A stretch of 64,000 bases of DNA. It comes from a virus. Positions within the stretch are counted from its first letter, which is position 1. Every line of letters starts with the position of its first letter. The notes under the pieces are model-generated. The model ran no database searches, was not told the DNA's origin, and saw only the letters and a list, made by a program, of their open reading frames with translations. Shown piece by piece: positions 62,461-64,000 of this stretch. The translations under genes were made by a program, and so were the position numbers. The DNA lies in IMG/VR virus record IMGVR_UViG_3300049259_000177, positions 1 to 64,000 of that record; one strand, written 5' to 3'.

Positions 62461-62996
62461 TGGCTTACCTCCCGCTGACGTGTCTCGACGGCAACAACTT
62501 CGAGCGCGTGGTGCATGAAGTGGGTGCCGACGTCCTCGTCGGTCCCGTACTCACTCTCGGCGGCGCGTGGGAACGTGCAGCGCACGCTGGCCTTCACCGA
62601 CGTGCCCGCGACTGTCGTCGGGCTACGCTCAATGTGTCGGGCGAGTTCGTTGGGCAGCACGACGCTCTCACAGCGACAGTGAATCCGGTTTCCGATCGGC
62701 AGGTCCGGGTCGCCGGGACGGCGGGCGAGGTCGAAGCCAGCACGGATGTCGTTGGCGTCGTTGCCGGTGTTGACCTTTGGGATCTTGTAGCGAAGATTCG
62801 ACGGGACTTCCTGGCCGTCGGCGTAGACATGGCTGGGCCGCACCTTCTCGTCCCGGCGGGTGAGCCACGTCTTCGCGTCCGGGGCACCGCGCTTGGCTTC
62901 GGTCTCGACGCGGACCGTGAGATGGTCGACATAGGGCCGCACGATCTTGGCGGCGACGAGAGTGTCTAGTCCGGCGGTCATCTCGAAGCGACTCAT
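62457..62996 (-). CDS. HK97-gp10-like neck protein with inserted Mu-F-like motif
   Basis: AKRGAP...SEYGT....HFM..AL flanking KTW....D.KVRPSH...DGQ...PGDP....NRIHCRC. Confidence 0.65.
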   Translation of the reverse strand: MSRFEMTAGLDTLVAAKIVRPYVDHLTVRVETEAKRGAPDAKTWLTRRDEKVRPSHVYADGQEVPSNLRYKIPKVNTGNDANDIRAGFDLARRPGDPDLPIGNRIHCRCESVVLPNELARHIERSPTTVAGTSVKASVRCTFPRAAESEYGTDEDVGTHFMHHALEVVAVETRQREVSQ

Positions 62997-63373
62997 GGCG
63001 TCGTGCTCACCCCGACCCGGATCTGCCCTTGGATGCGCACGTAGTTGACGCTGGCGTCCTCGCTGTGCCGGATGTTGTCGGCAGTGCGGATGAACCACTC
63101 GCGGCCAGTGGCGACGTCGACGGGGTTGCCGTCGTCGTCGAGTTGGTACTCGACGACGAGGTCCTTCGGCTTCATCGGCCACAACGCCGGATCGACAGAG
63201 ATGTTGTAGATGCTCTCGCCGCCTTGCAGGTTCGCGCCGCCGCCGGTGACCCGCCCTGGGTAGGCGGGCGTTGGGTCGGCCCAGCCGCCGGGCACGAGGT
63301 CACCGTGACTGTCCGGCGTCAAGTCTTCCTGACGACGTAGCGCGAGCGCTGTGTTCGGCAGCAAAACGCTCAT
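62993..63373 (-). CDS. head-to-tail stopper
   Basis: synteny; D.HGD....W motif. Confidence 0.65.
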   Translation of the reverse strand: MSVLLPNTALALRRQEDLTPDSHGDLVPGGWADPTPAYPGRVTGGGANLQGGESIYNISVDPALWPMKPKDLVVEYQLDDDGNPVDVATGREWFIRTADNIRHSEDASVNYVRIQGQIRVGVSTTP

Positions 63374-63999
63374 AGCCGAATGACCCTGCTGCGGCCGGGG
63401 CGGATGAACACTCGCCGCCCGGCGAGGCGCCACCGGTCGAGGCTCTTGAGCGTGGGGGCGCCGTTGGTCGCCTGTGGGCCTGCTTGTGCGCGGCTACTGG
63501 CGAGGCTCTCGACACCGCCTGGGGTCAGGTACTCGTAGGAGATCGACTGGCCCTCGACGGAGACGCTGCGCACCCGCTGCGCTTTCTTGCCCTGCATCGA
63601 CTGCCACAGCCGCACCACGTCCCCACTGCGCAGCACCGTGTTCTCGATGTAACGCCGGACCGGCAGGTAGATCGGCTGGGTGGCGTCGATGCCCGCGATG
63701 TAGGTGATGGTGTAGCGCCCAGTGGGCTGGCCTGAGATCGGGTCGGCCTCCGGTTCGGCGGAGGTGATCGAGATGACCTTCGACTCGCGCAGGCGCCAAC
63801 CATCGGGATAGGCGATACGGCCGGTCTCGATGAACGTCGTCGGCGTGATCGGGCGCCCCAAGTAGCCCTCGACCTCAGCCTGTGCGTCGTAGATGGCGCC
63901 GGTGATGATTTCGGTGGAAGTGTCGTCAAGCGGCTGGCTAAGGCCGAGTCGGATGGCGATCTTCTCGACCGGGACGACGAGCGGGCACGGTTCCTCGAA
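63370..63999 (-). CDS. head-to-tail adaptor (5' end beyond window)
   Basis: frame open to window end; AI.DA.AEVEGYLGR, ITY.AG, SVSVEGQSISY. Confidence 0.75.
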   Translation of the reverse strand, partial: FEEPCPLVVPVEKIAIRLGLSQPLDDTSTEIITGAIYDAQAEVEGYLGRPITPTTFIETGRIAYPDGWRLRESKVISITSAEPEADPISGQPTGRYTITYIAGIDATQPIYLPVRRYIENTVLRSGDVVRLWQSMQGKKAQRVRSVSVEGQSISYEYLTPGGVESLASSRAQAGPQATNGAPTLKSLDRWRLAGRRVFIRPGRSRVIRL

Positions 64000-64000
64000 G

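Noticed and set aside
1-64000. Prophage boundaries, integrase or att site
   Set aside because: No recombinase motifs or host housekeeping genes seen; lifestyle cannot be determined from this window

Overview
A very GC-rich 64-kb segment of a tailed (siphovirus-type) actinobacteriophage, mostly transcribed leftwards. No integrase, capsid, portal, large terminase, tRNA, rRNA or CRISPR array is visible. Right to left it carries: (1) head-tail connectors, an esterase, major tail protein, a tail-assembly chaperone with a -1 frameshift, tape measure, Dit and a 1772-aa tail protein; (2) holin and membrane genes; (3) a Bet/RecT recombinase, a papain-like peptidase and a DnaQ exonuclease; (4) a second tail-fibre module; (5) a Cas4/RecE-like exonuclease, WhiB, two HNH genes, a replication initiator with iterons and a DnaC-like loader; (6) a displaced small-terminase-like gene; (7) about 25 kb of small accessory ORFs, including a DnaA domain IV protein, DUF3039, DUF2958, an ADP-ribosyltransferase-like protein, a transglutaminase-like protein and a secreted SNase. 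The most striking signal is non-coding: a dispersed promoter box CGCTAAGCGGGT in sigmaA-like promoters; eight leader hairpins with a fixed (A)GAGCGA loop and co-varying stems just upstream of ribosome-binding sites; a second promoter class GACGCG-N20-22-(-10) in about 17 copies; and four long structured minus-strand intergenic RNAs, two of which display a loop complementary to the leader hairpin. All family calls come from motif recognition by eye, not database searches, and many start codons are inferred from overlaps and RBS position.
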